From the NCBI RefSeq assembly GCF_009914755.1, contig NC_060934.1: a stretch of 64,000 nt of DNA; one strand, 5' to 3'. The first letter of the stretch is position 1, and the number at the start of each line of letters is the position of its first letter. Source of the stretch: the human T2T-CHM13v2.0 reference genome, Homo sapiens. A program made the position numbers and the translations under genes. The notes below the pieces were generated by a model. It did no database searches. It saw only the letters and a program-made list of their open reading frames with translations, and was not told where the DNA came from. Shown piece after piece: positions 25,978-39,221 of this stretch.

Positions 25978-27293
25978 AAATGAAAAAAGTATGGAATAAA
26001 TGCATGAGGAAATGATGTAAATGAGTGAGTGAATGAATGAATGAATGAAGAAATGAAACTCAATCAGTACCCCTCACATGGAGGTAAAACCAGTCATCAT
26101 AGCTGCTTCTCTTGGTGCAGTGATTGAGTGATTCACAACTGGGCATGGAGAGCTTAGTTGCTAAATGAGTTTTACTAGATCCCAGTGCAGAATTGAGTCA
26201 CAGAACTTGGACATCTAGTCTATAGTTTCAAGTTTCTCTCTTCTTGACTCAAAACTTTGGCCTTGAGCCAATGAAATTTTTTCTAGTTAGATTTAGTAAA
26301 TCAAGCTACTCATTGCTTAGTCATTAAAATGGAAAAGAACTAAGAATATGTAAACAGAAACCTGAAAAAAGAAAACATTACATGTATACCATGGGGAAGT
26401 TAAGACAATTTGGCTTGTGCTTGCTTTCATTTCTCCAGCTCAGATTTATATTTATAAGTCACCCTAAACAAGAAGGATGCCTAATGTTTTAGCTTGATTG
26501 TTTATAATTGCATTACATGGAAGTCCTATCATACAACATTGTTGATTGCTGAGAGCTGTATTACCTTGTGTCACAAGCTCTGGGATTGCCGTAAAGTACC
26601 TCCCTTTCTGGAAGGAAAAGAGACATTCAGAAATAAAGCATATGGTCAGGGATAAAAACAGACTACCTAAAATATAATCAAGCATTTATTTTTGTTGTTG
26701 GTTTTTTTCTCCCCCGAATGTTCTCTTCAGTTTTTTTTCATGCTTTTTGATGTCAGAATTGGTAATTAGATTTCAAACATCATTATTTGTTTGGCATGAC
26801 CTTAAGAAAGATGGGACTGAGTCTGAAAGGACTTAAAATTGAGAAAAAAATTTCAAATTTAAAGAGTTATGAATAATATAGAAAAGGGAAAAGATGAATT
26901 TGTTTATTAACATCTTAGAATGGAGGCTATTCTTAAAGTTTAGATAAGGTGATATGAGAACAACAAAAAGAATTTTCTCTTTCAAAGTAGTATCTATGAA
27001 ATCTTCTACTGAATGCTGAGGTATAGTTGAAGGCAGAGATCCAATGATTGAGTCCCATCTGTGATTAAGTAAGGTTGGAATTTCTAAGGGCTGTCTTTAA
27101 CCTCTTGAAATTAATAGAAGATAATAATGCTGCTTTGGGTCAAGTCCTTTGGGCACCATTATCAGAGTAAACATATCGTCAACTTTACACTTATTATGTG
27201 ATCTGTACTCTGTATTGTAAGATGCATACTTCTTTATAAGCATCTCATTTTAAAAACAACCTCAAACAATGCTGTGGGGTAAGTATTAATATT

Positions 27294-27900
27294 TGTGTCA
27301 GTTAAGATGTTTTAGGTAGAAAGTGTCAAAGTGCCTATTTAAAGTGCCTTGAACAGTAAGGAAATGAATTATACTACACATTTAAAACTCCATTGTTAGT
27401 GTGGGCTGCTGGTGAGAGGAGAACAAAGCTCTGGCTCCATTTTCTCAGCTCCATTTCCAACTGTGTCCTTCTCCATGTGTCAACTTTGCTTTTCCGTTTA
27501 ACCAAAAGTTAGCTGCCAGTGGGTCTAGGGTGCCATGATTCATTGTTCTTATCCAGTGGGAGAAAGGAGAATCCAAACATAGAGTATAAATCCTTCCCTT
27601 TAGTAGGCTTAGGTAAATTTGTGTCATATGCCCACACCTAGACCAAACACCCTCTCTAGGGAAATGCCTTGTGCTGCTTGTCTTAGTTCTATGTTCCTTG
27701 ACCAATTCACTAGCAAAGCAGATGGGCTTATAATGATTGGCTCACCAATAAGATCTACCCCTGGAGCTAGTGATTTGGGTTTACTTCCCCTGTTTCCCAC
27801 AGTTGTGTGAGGATAGAGAAGATCCCTGAACAACACCAAAGTCTTGTTAGGAAGAATGAAGTCGGTGCTGAATAGACAATAGACAACCAAATATCGCTAC
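27294..27900 (-). mobile_element. Old MaLR LTR (MLT1K/L-like)
   Basis: tgtgtcagttaagatgttttaggtagaaagt...gaacagtaaggaaatg...aggctctggctccattttctcagctc...gtcatatgcccacacctagaccaa. Confidence 0.55.
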
Positions 27901-28049
27901 TGTCTTATTATCCTGAGTTTACAGGTGTGGAAGCCAAGAGGTTCATCAACTTGTCCAAGATCAGGCAAGTAGAATGAGGAGGAGTAGAAGAAAGAGAAGG
28001 AGGGAAAACAAAGGAAAAAAAGATGAGGGAAGAGGACAATTAGAAGGCA

Positions 28050-28305
28050 GCAAACACTTATATTGTACTTTACTGTGTCAGGCAGTACTCTAAGCCCTTT
28101 ATATAGCAATAGAAATTCGCATATTTAATTTTTACAGCAAGCCTATGAGGTAGGGGCTATTAGTATAATTACCACTTTGCAGTTGAGAAAACAGAGGCAC
28201 ACGGAGTTTAAGTACCTTGCCCAAGTACATGTAGCACATCCTGTGGAGCTGAGATTTGAATGCTGGGAACCAGGAAGCTCTAGAATACCTGGTTGTAACC
28301 ACTCT
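28050..28305 (-). mobile_element. MIR SINE
   Basis: tactgtgtcaggcagtactctaagccctt...ccactttgcagttgagaaaacagaggcacacggagtttaagtaccttgcccaag. Confidence 0.85.
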
Positions 28306-30957
28306 AAACCCATCTCTTGACTGACCTGTCCCATATCAAAGCTCCTCATGTAACCATGAGGGAAACTACTGGCCTATTCCAGTATTTCTTCTTCCTCTGA
28401 GACTAATCCTTTGATTTTTGGACCTCACATGTTATTCAGCTTGCCTCTACGTGAAACAGCCCTTCTGCTTTCTCTGTGCTGATGAATCTGTCTTTGATTA
28501 TCAACTCTTTTTAATGAATGAGAGCGTAATTCTGTGAATTGTCTTCAATTATGCAGCTTTCCTGAAAGGTTGCTTGTACTTCTTTATGTTTATTCTGCTG
28601 TCTTATTGTAATCATCATCCTATGTTGATTAAGCAAAGAGCAGTAAAGGGTAAGAGAGCAATGGCTTGTAAATGAGGTACATTAACAAAAAGAAGAAATA
28701 AAGCACCACCTGAAAGATTTAATTCTGTTTGATCAAGACATCAATATAACTGTTAAATGAATTCTCTTTGAAAAAAAAAATTCTTTTTCGTTTTATCATC
28801 CTTCTTCAAAGACCAGAGATGGGAATGAGAAACTCTGTTTCAGAGGGGGAGCTAAGATTGCAGCCAGAGCCCAACTCAATGAACAATCTGAATTTAGAAT
28901 TAAGTCTTATTCTAAAATTCCAAATATATGTTAGTGTGGTCAGCTACATGTACAAGTTCTACCTTCATAAAAACAAATGTTATAAAATTATATTTATCCC
29001 CAAGGACACTAAAATAAATCACTCCCATAGGAGCCTGAGACCTCAGTGCTTATGGCAGAGGCTGAGGGATGCAGGCAGGCAGAGTGGCGTGGGAGATTCG
29101 GATTTAAGGAGCCTGTTCTTCAATTGTGGCTTCATCACTCAGCAGTTGTGTGAACTTCTTGGAACTCAGTTTTCTTGTTTGTAAAATGTTTTTATAGGGC
29201 CACATTCTGAGTTTGATTGTTAATCAAAATTGTTTCACTTCTACAATTTTTACTAATAAACCCTCACCCACCCACTTGCTCCCTGTCACCCAGCTATTTT
29301 TATCGTGAATCCCTCCATTCTTCCCCTGGTCCTCTCCTCTCTATTATTAGACTCTTCCTGACATTATTTCTTTTCCTACCCAGCTTCCACTCTCAGCAGC
29401 AGCCTCATTGCTGTTCCCACTTCCCTATTTAGACTTTCTTTGAGGGCAATGGTCATAACTCATATTTCCATGGAATTCCCCGTAGCTCTTATAATGATAC
29501 CAACTACACATGAAATAGCTGTTGAGTGATACTGAAGATGATAAAATAGTAAATTAAAACAGTGCACATAACTCTGTTTTCATGAGTTCTGTACTATTTC
29601 CTTTTGTAAAAACTAAAACAAAACAAAGCAAACAAATGAAACAAGAACATAATCTTCTTTATAATAAGTATTGCAAGTAAAGGATTGTCTCTCGAACCTT
29701 GTTGTTGATGTAGGAAAATATCTTTTATGAAGTTGTCCTAATGGATGTTTTCATTAGTATGTATTGAAGTTACTAATAAAAACACAGGAGTGCTTAAAGT
29801 GCATGCCTTAAGGCCTTGTGAAACGGCTTTGGTTGGGTAATGCGATACATTATGTGTTATCAGAAAAAAAGTAATGGTGCTCTGGTTGACAAATATTCCA
29901 GATGTCAACATCACCCATATATAAAGATGACTGGATATTAAAACATTCACACAGTGTATTTCTTCCTATTTAACACAGTCAATCTTTGTAACAAAAAAGA
30001 CAAGTGAAAATAAACAGCAGAACCTGAGATCTCTAAATAATGGTTGATAATGCATACGTTAAGGACAATATATCAAATAAGTAATTCATTTATCTATTTT
30101 TTAAATGCAAGCAATTTTTTAACCCAATCCATTAAGTGAATGCTGTTTACCCACAGTAGCCCATTCCATTCCTGTGATGGACCAAATGTGTTCTTAGCCT
30201 TTCCCTGGGTCAGGTTAACAGAGGGCACATGTGAATATGCTTATCATTCTAAGCCCTCATCATCTTCAGAATCAGACCCTGTGATGGACTCCTACATTGG
30301 CCTTGGTTTTCTGAATCGAAGCCCTCATTCATGGGATTGGCCCCAAACAAACCAGTCCTTAAATCAGGGACCATTCACAGTGCCCCCATGGGGTTTTTAG
30401 CCACCCAGACTCTGAAATAGTAACCTGATGGTTTAAAATCAGAAAGTCTCTTTATTTCTTCTACTATATTTCTTTGAACTGAAAAGGAGTAGAGGCCAAA
30501 AAGAAGCCACAGGGATTATCTCCTAGTTTTCTTTTTCCTCTCTCACATTTCTCCCTTCTATTCTACTAATAGGTGTCTATCAAGAGGATATATACAAAAG
30601 AGGTTGCACTGAACTTTAATAATCTCCAAAATCTTCACCTTCAAGAGTAGAAAGAATCATGAGTTAAATTTCTCATTGGTTTAGAGTGTAAAAATGTATT
30701 CTTACTGATAATAAAAGTTAAATTTACTAAAAAGCAGTATAGATGCCTTGTGTTCTTGAAAATTATATGGTGTAAGTTGCATACACATTAGACCTCCTTT
30801 TCCAAGAGAATGTTTCCTCTTGTTCCATTATTCAGATGTTTCAGTCTTTCAGATCCCATGGTGAACTGAGAGCAATAAAATATTGTCTACAATATTTTTG
30901 TTCTAGGAAAATCAGGGACTTGCATTAATATGAGTGTGACTGTTTCTATAGCAGTCA

Positions 30958-31451
30958 TGTATTACTCAGGGTTCTTTAAAGAAACGTTAAGGAATTGGCT
31001 CACACAATTATGGAAGCTGAAAATTCCTAAGATCTGCAGTTGGCAAACTGGAGACCCAGGACTAGTGATGGTGTAATTGAGTCTGAGTCCAAAGGCCTGA
31101 GAAGTAGGAGAGCTGATGATCTAAGTTCTAGTCCAGAAACCAATGAGCTAGAGGCCCAAGAACAGTGCATGCTTCATTCCAAGTACAAAGGCTGGAAAAG
31201 ACTAATGTCCCAGCTTAAGCAGTCAAGCAGGAGGAATTTCCTCTTACTCGGCCTTTTTGTGCCGTTCAGGTATTTAATTGATTGGATCAAGTCCACCCAC
31301 ATTCAAGAGAGAAATCTGCTCTACTCAGCCTACCAATTCCAATGTTAATCTTATCCAGAAACACCCTCAGAGACACACCCAAAAAATGTTTGATCAATTG
31401 TCTAGGCATCCCATGGCCCAGTCAAGTTGACACATAAAATTAATCATCACA
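30958..31451 (-). mobile_element. MLT2 (ERVL) solo LTR, MLT2B/C-like
   Basis: tgtattactcagggttc...ggaattggctcacacaattatggaagctga...gtcaagttgacacataaaattaatcatcaca. Confidence 0.9.
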
Positions 31452-31862
31452 GCACTCTTGTATTCTTATAATAAATCATTTAAGGGAAATCAGTAAGAAC
31501 CACAAAGTCTTTGTGTTGGAGATAAAAATGGTTACCTGCTTTGGAATATTCATGTTCATTGCTTATCAATTCACCTCTTTCTTAAGACCTCATAAGAAAA
31601 GAAAAAACTGTTGGGATTTACAAATAGAATTTTATAAATTGTAATCATAAAGAGGAGTGTCCTCACCCACCAAGCTATTGATACTAGTATATTTAAAAAA
31701 TAATACATATTGGTCAATGTGACTTTTACAACAGGCCTATGGAGGTACTTATATAGTTTTAATTATTTTACGAATGAAGAACTGAAGGTGAGAGCAGCCA
31801 ATCATCTGGCACAAGGTCCCATACAGAACTAATAAGTGGCTGAACAAGAAATGAACTGTCTA

Positions 31863-32125
31863 CAGGACAAGCAGCCCCATAAATGTGGGAACTGTGTAGT
31901 TCCACAGGGCCCGTGGTCAAGGGGGTCTGCACTTGGTTTAATGTTCTGCAGTGGTCCTCTTGAAATGTTATATATTTTATATATATACATATAAATAAAA
32001 ATAAGTTTAAATATGTAAATATTATATATAAATATATGAAATTTAAATAAACTTAATATATATATTTAAAGAAGGGGCCCTGCATTTTCATTTTCCACTG
32101 GGCACTACAAATTATGTAGCCAGTC
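31863..32125. mobile_element. MER91A-like hAT-Tip100 MITE with AT-rich internal insert
   Basis: cagggcccgtgg...cttggtttaatgttctgc...ttgaaat [AT-rich] aaggggccctgcattttcattttccactgggcactacaaattatgtagccagtc. Confidence 0.8.
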
Positions 32126-34192
32126 ATTTTTCTTTGGCTATAAAGTCCTTGCAGTCCATCACACCTCTTTTTAGAGATGAATTCTCCCAGCAGGAATAGT
32201 TACTACCTGTTTATTGCCAACCCAATGATGAACCCTTGCTGTTTTCTGCCTGTTTCACTTAGGAAGGCTTGGTACCTGAATTGATATTGAAACATTCATA
32301 TGACAAATATTCGAAAGGCCAGCTTTTAGCTTTCTGGCTGGTTAAGTGCCACATAGCAGGACACAAAATTATTTCATGTAGTTTGCTAACTCCCTTTAGT
32401 TGTTATTTCTTTTAAACATATTAAGTTGTATTTTCATTTCTACACATGGAGTCATTTCCCTTCTCCTCCATTATGTTCTAATATATTTCATTCTATTTGG
32501 ACTTATCTAAGTTGCACTGGTTTTCTAAAAGTGACTGCTGCTACTGATATATTTTATTATTAATAATAAACATTTAATGTTGGGCATATGGTGTGAAGTC
32601 ATTTTTAAAATTAAATCCAGTTTTTTACTATCTAAATTAAGAATGTCAGCTTTGAAGTTAGTGGGTTGACTGACAATGATATTTTTGTTTTTTCATTTAT
32701 TTCTTAAAGTGTTTAACATTTAATGTTCTAATTTAAGAGTTGAAGAAATGATGTGGTATATTTTTGAAACTTACTTTTATCAAACCCTAAAATACATTTT
32801 TGTTTCAAGCCATATATAAGACCGTTACTATGAGTTGGTGTTTTGAATTGGGACACTTTCTTTTCATTAGTAATGTATATTCCCCCTTTTATTTTAAAGT
32901 GTTCCCTATAGCCATCACATATTGCCACAGTTTGGGGGCATATGTGAAGACATCTGATCTGACTCTCTTACTTCTGAGGTAAAGAAACCGAGTCCAGTGA
33001 GACTAGCTCAAATAGTGACAGATCAAAGATCAGATGCAAACCCCCTGAATTTAAGTCCAGGACTCTTTTATTACACCACACAAATCTCTTTTGATGCCTA
33101 AAATCACTAAGATTTCTTTTTAAATTTTCTGTCCATGATAAATATTTATATAGTCTTGAGCCTCAAGTTAAAGTTTAGCTTACCAAAGGCCCTATGAATA
33201 TGAGAATCAGAAATCTGGAGGGAAATATTAGCTTTTCAGTAAAAGGGCAACAGTGTTTTTGAAATGTTCAATGTCATGTGAGGAAAAAAAAATTCTGTCT
33301 TTCCAATTAAATTCTCCTAACACTCAACGATGCCTCTAGATTGTTTTGGTAACTTTATAATTCTATAACATATTTTATAAAAACAAATTATCTAGGAAAG
33401 TTGTCAGTAAACTCATGTCAAAGTAAGTACACTGTGAAAATAATGTAGTTGACTCTGTACTGTAATAAGGAATACCAACCAGCAAGGTGGTCTGGTTAAA
33501 AGGAACTTTTTTTCTCACCAGGGTTCTAGTTTTTTGGTTGCTAGTGGAAAATAACAGAAATACATTTGCAATAAAGACAAATTATGAATTCTGTGCAACT
33601 GACAGCAGATCTAATGAGGGTCCTTTGAAACATGGTAATTGATTCCAAGTTGCTATTGTATTAATACCAAAATAGGTTTCTTCTTAAATCTGGCTATCTA
33701 GGTAATGCTTCAGGGATGCAATATAATTGTACTGACCAGGCGTATAACTTGTGATAGCCAATTACAGGATTTTTGTAGGAAAATTTGCCTCTGATGTAGT
33801 TTGGAAACAAGAGTTCTGATTAAACATTCCTTAAGAAACGAGTACAAATCTTTTTAAAAGATATCTTGTTTTTCCTCTTTCTTATGACCAATTTTCATAA
33901 CTTTTACAGCTTTGCTTCCGTTATGCAAGTGGCCTTTTAATCTTATGCAAAGACGTTACTCTTAGAGAAATAACTTTTTTATTCCTTATCCTGGTGCCCC
34001 ATGCCACAGAATAAAAGCGGTCAGTCCTGGTTAGGAAAAGAACCCCACAGATAGAAAACCTAAAAATAATATTCAAACACCGATCATTCTTTTACACTCC
34101 TCACAGTACTAGAATTACTTAACTAAATTTCATCTCTATTGATCACCCCTAACATGCCGCCACAGCTGTACAGTTTCCTTGGTATTGCCTGT

Positions 34193-34211
34193 CAGCCACT
34201 AGGGGGCATCC
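34193..34211 (+). promoter_or_regulatory. CTCF core motif
   Basis: cagCCACTAGGGGGCAtcc is a near-perfect match to the CTCF core CCAC(C/T)AG(A/G)GGGC(A/G). Binding itself cannot be seen in sequence. Confidence 0.7.
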
Positions 34212-35454
34212 TGGGGCAGGCAGACAGCTCTAGGTTTGCACTTTCACCCTTCTACTTGGTGGGTGTCCCATCAAGTCCTTGGCCAACTTAGTTAAGCTCC
34301 CTTATTCTCAGTAACTTCTTTTTAAAAATTGAGATAATAATACTAGATTAGCTTATAAGTTATTTTCCATATATAGAGAAATAATAATGCTGGATTAGCT
34401 CACAAATTACTTCCCATATACAGATGGATTATTGAGTAATACATAAAATGATAAGGGAACAAGAACATCTTGGAACTAAGAAATGTCACTTTCAGTGACT
34501 TTTCTGCCAGCAGCCCAATCGGACAGCTGTATTCCATCTTAGATAGGGAGATGGAGGGCTCCCAGAAGGTTGCTTTGACTCTTTCAAATTCTTGAAATTC
34601 CCATCTGTGGAAAAGTATGTTTATGGACCCAAATGAATTTCAGTCCACTGGCCATATGCAAAATCTGGCAGAATGTCATCCCTCCCTAATTGCTTGATTC
34701 TAGCTAGAGCCAATGTGCTTGGTAAGCAGGAATGTTTGTGGTCGAGGCATTCAGTTGAATAAGCTGAATTAAAATGTTTCAAAACTCCATACACACTTCA
34801 GTTGATAGTACAGCATTTAAGGCAGAATCATGTGGAACACATCCAAAGTGCAAAACTCTGTGGGAATTCCACCAAGCCACATACCATGGCTTTATATCTG
34901 AAATGACTAACTGGAATCACTGGGTGAGGCTCTTGGCAGTGTCCATTTATGGCCCATAAAGTTGGCTTCAACTTTACAGACAGGTTCATATTCCTGGAAA
35001 CTGCAGGCTGCTAAATACATTGATATACACATTCATGACATGCGTATATTCATAGGCACTTTGAAACTTGTTTCAAGGTGACAATCAATATGTTTACATA
35101 CAATTCAACTTCAGGTTATAAAATTATCATTAAGCAATATGTTCATGGGAAAGAATTTTGGAGAAACCTTAGTCTTGACTCCCTAGGATAGCTTCGAAGA
35201 TAACACGAGTTCATGTGTACCTATAAATATCATTGCAACACTGCATAATACTTAGTCTATCAACAATTTTCTTTTTCCTTTATTATTACATTAGTATACC
35301 TAAAGTCCATGGTGGTATTTACTTTCTTAAGGTGAGGTTAAGGCTTCTTCCTTATAACAACAGGTAACACCAACTGAAGTACTCTAGTAGAGGGACTCAC
35401 ATTTATTCAGGAGTTGCCATTTGCTAGGCAGTAAGCATTGATTATTACCACGTA

Positions 35455-35637
35455 TAATTTTGCCTCGAGGGAACATTTGGCAATATCTAGAGACATTTTC
35501 ATTGTCATTACTGTTACCTACAGGGTAGAGGCCATGGATGGTGCTAAACATCCAACAATGCACAGGAAATCACTCCACAACAAAAAATTATCCAGTCCAA
35601 AACATCTATTATATAATCCTATGGTTGAAAAACCCTG
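35455..35637. mobile_element. MER20 hAT-Charlie MITE
   Basis: gggaacatttggcaatatctagagacatttt...gggtagaggccatggatggtgctaaacatcc...aattatccagtccaaaac...gttgaaaaaccctg. Confidence 0.88.
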
Positions 35638-36810
35638 CGCAAAGATAATTGGTTTTGATTTAGTCTTCGTAAACATCATTTGAGGTGGATTATGGTGTTA
35701 TCCTCATTTCTCAGAGGCAGAAATTGTAGCACTGAGAGGGGGAGAGGCTGTCCAAGATTGTAGAACTTGTGGAGGAGTGCAAATTTGGCTTATTCTAGAA
35801 CCTAGTTTCTTCATCCTTGCTCTCTAAGGGTAGAGTCCGAAACAGAACTCTTTTTTCTGCTTCCAGAACACATTGCTGCCTTCTTAGTTAATTACTAGAA
35901 TGAATGATTATAAAACTTACCTCCTGCAGAGTGAGTGAGTTTTAAAAATTTGTTTAAAACAACAAAAGAATTCACATATTGTGTAACTTTGGATTTAGGG
36001 TACCATTGAAATTGATTTCCTTAGAGGTGTGCTAGAGGCAAAGTTTGCTAATCTGGTTGGTGGAAGAGTACTGGTGGAATCTTTCTTTAGGTTTCTCTCT
36101 ATGTTTAAGTTCCTGCTTGCACCTGTGCTAGTCAATGTATTTGTTGAGGAAGATTTATGGTTCTATTCTTTTAGGAGAGAATATTCACACTTTGGCTTTG
36201 CCTTTTGAGGCTTACACATATTATCACTAAAGTACATTATCATTTTTCATCTGGTGGTAGGGAGGATTTTACCACCTTCTGAGTTAGGTGGAATGCTCTA
36301 GGCAGAGAAAGGATTAGGGCTCATCAGAGCCAATAGGGCCAACTTTGTTCCGTTGTTTTCCTGCCAAAAAGAAATAGGGGATAATAGAAACTCATCAGTT
36401 GCTATTTGCAAAACTGTTTAATTTCCCTGAATATTTTGTTCTCTTGTTGACATGAGCATTGACTGCTTTTTTGCCATAGTGGGATAATTTATTTTATACG
36501 AGGTGGTGTTTTCAACAACCACTATAGAATGTTCTGAATCACTGTGAACTCTATCTGGATAAAAATAAATGCTCTTATTTTCTCCAATGGATATTTTTCC
36601 TTGCCCATGAAAGTTATGACTGGTTCTGCTTATTCCTCAAACCGATTATATGAACTTCTGATAAATGTTTGAATAAAATGTAAGAAATATTGTAAATAAG
36701 CAAAAATCCCACAGAAATCAGAGGAAGTATGTTCTACCTCTGCTCTTCTAAGTCTGACCAACAGTTAAATAAATTCTTGGGTTCTATGAACAGAATTTTT
36801 ACATGATGAA

Positions 36811-38097
36811 TTTTTTTTTTTTTTAATTGATCATTCTTGGGTGTTTCTCGCAGAGGGGGATTTGGCAGGGTCATAGGACAATAATGGAGGGAGGGTCAGC
36901 AGATAAACAAGTGAACAAAGGTCTCTGGTTTTCCTAGGCAGAGGACCCTGCGGCCTTCCGCAGTGTTTGTGTCCCTGGGTACATGAGATTAGGGAGTGGT
37001 GATGACTCTTAAGGAGCATGCTGCCTTCAAGCATCTGTTTAACAAAGCACATCTTGCACCGCCCTTAATCCATTTAACCCTGAGTGGACACAGCACATGT
37101 TTCAGAGAGCACCGGGTTGGGGGTAAGGTCACAGATCCACAGGATCCCATGGCAGAAGAATTTTTCTTAGTACAGAACAAAATGAAAAGTCTCCCATGTC
37201 TACTTCTTTCTACACAGACACGGCAACCATCCGATTTCTCAATCTTTTCCCCACCTTTCCCCCCTTTCTATTCCACAAAACCGCCATTGTCATCATGGCC
37301 CGTTCTCAATGAGCTGTTGGGTACACCTCCCAGACCGGGTGGTGGCTGGGCAGAGGGGCTCCTCACTTCCCAGTAGGGGCGGCCGGGCAGAGGCGCCCCT
37401 CACCTCCCGGACGGGGCGGCTGGCCGGGCGGGGGGCTGACCACCCCCACCTCCCTCCCGGACGGGGCGGCTGGCCGGGCGGGGGGCTGACCCCCCACCTC
37501 CCTCCCAGACAGGGCGGCTGGCCGGGCTGGGGGCTGACCCCCCCACCTCCCTCCCAGACGGGGCGGCTGGCCGGGCTGGGGGCTGACCCCCCACCTCCCT
37601 CCCGGACGGGGTAGCTGCCGGGCAGAGACACTCCTCACTTCCCAGACGGGGTGGTTGCCGGGCGGAGGGGCTCCTCACTTCTCAGGCGGGGCGGCTGCCG
37701 GGCGGAGGGGCTCCTCACTTCTCAGACGGGGCGGTTGCCGGGCGGAGGGTCTCCTCACTTCTCAGACGGGGCGGCCGGGCAGAGACGCTCCTCACCTCCC
37801 AGACGGGGTCGCGGGGCCGGGCAGAGGCGCTCCTCACATCCCAGACAGGGCGGCGGGGCAGAGATGCTCCCCACATCTCAGACGATGGGCTGCTGGGCAG
37901 AGACGCTCCTCACTTCCCAGATGGGATGGCGGCCGGGAAGAGGCGCTCCTCACTTCCTAGATGGGATGGCGGCCGGGCAGAGATGTTCCTCACTTTCCAG
38001 ACTGGGCAGCCAGGCAGAGGGACTCCTCAACTCCCAGACGATGGGCGGCCAGGCAGAGACGCTCCTCACTTCCCAGACGGGGTGGCGGCCGGGCAGC
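36811..38097 (-). mobile_element. SVA retrotransposon (SVA_D-like), 5'-truncated: SINE-R plus VNTR only
   Basis: poly-T then ttgatcattcttgggtgtttctcgcagagggggatttggcaggg (SINE-R, about 36825-37330) and GC-rich VNTR (about 37330-38096); 16-bp TSD tacatgatgaattttt at 36800-36815 and 38098-38113; no hexamer head or Alu-like domain. Confidence 0.97.
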
Positions 38098-38714
38098 TAC
38101 ATGATGAATTTTTATCTACATTAAAAGTCAAGGTGACCAAACAAAGGTGGTATTTTAATATAATTAATAAGAAGCAAAGGAGACCAAGATCAGTGCCTTA
38201 TCTACAGAAATATGAATGTGATGATCATTAACACCATGGCAAAAAGATGAAATTAGTTGTGGGGTGAGGCAGGTGGCATTGGCTCAGGACTCATAATCCC
38301 AAAGAATTTCACGTTTTGACTTCTGTCATCTTCCAAAGGAGAGCAGTGCTACTATCACGTAGGTATAGCAGCAGAACTAAAGGAAGAAGACATTAGTCAT
38401 ATGACTTTTGTCTTATTGTTGAAAAATACTAGATAGTACACTGTGAATTACTATTTCATCTTGAAATGATCTTGAGAGTCACACAATCACACTGTACTAT
38501 TTGGGGGTATATATGGTAAAAAGCATTACGTTTTAAATGTTAGTTAGAAGTAAACATTTTGACATCCCATCTTGGCATTTCTTCATAAATTAATATATGA
38601 AGAAATTCAAGTACAGGAGTAGCTTCCACTTCTCTTGACCTCTGAGGGGCCCAGGAGAAGGCCATCAGCCCTGGACCATATGTATAGAGAAATCACAGGG
38701 GCTGAGAGCAGGTC

Positions 38715-39221
38715 TTCTGATTATTTATTACTTCCTAACAAACCACTCCAAAACTTACCGGCTTCTAAAAACAATCACTTTATTATCTTTCACAGTCTGT
38801 GGGCTGGTTAGACCTAGCTAGGGTGAGTTGATGATTAAAGACTGTCATATAGGGGTTTGAACAGCCAACATAAATCACCACCATGTGGCTGATCATGAAC
38901 TCTGCCTGTGAGCTGGGAGCTCAGCTGAGGGATCTGACAGTAGAACCTAGACATGGCCTCTAGTTGTGATGTGGATTTTGCACAGCGTGGCAACTGGGTT
39001 CCAAGAAAGAGTGCCGCAAGAGCAAGTGTTTTAAGAGGGAAGAATCAGAAATGCCTATCCTTTTAAAAGTCAGGACTAGATCTGATGCAGCATTACCCTT
39101 TCCATGTCCTGTTGATTAGCAAGCAACAGGAAAAACCTGGATTTTAAGAGGCAGGAGGGGAATAAACTCCAACTCCCAATGGAGAGAGTGACAAAGAATT
39201 TGCAGCTGTTTTAAGCCCACA
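38715..39221 (-). mobile_element. MaLR solo LTR (MLT1G/H-like)
   Basis: taacaaaccactccaaaacttaccggcttctaaaaacaatc...agctgggagctcagctgaggg...caaagaatttgcagctgttttaagcccaca. Confidence 0.8.

Noticed and set aside
37330-38096. Repeat array superficially like a CRISPR or novel repeat system
   Set aside because: It is the SVA VNTR: tandem 35-50-bp units with no unique spacers, no cas genes, and eukaryotic context.
36831-38231. Many overlapping Gly/Pro/Arg-rich ORFs up to 157 aa
   Set aside because: They are readings of the stop-poor SVA VNTR and SINE-R, not genes.
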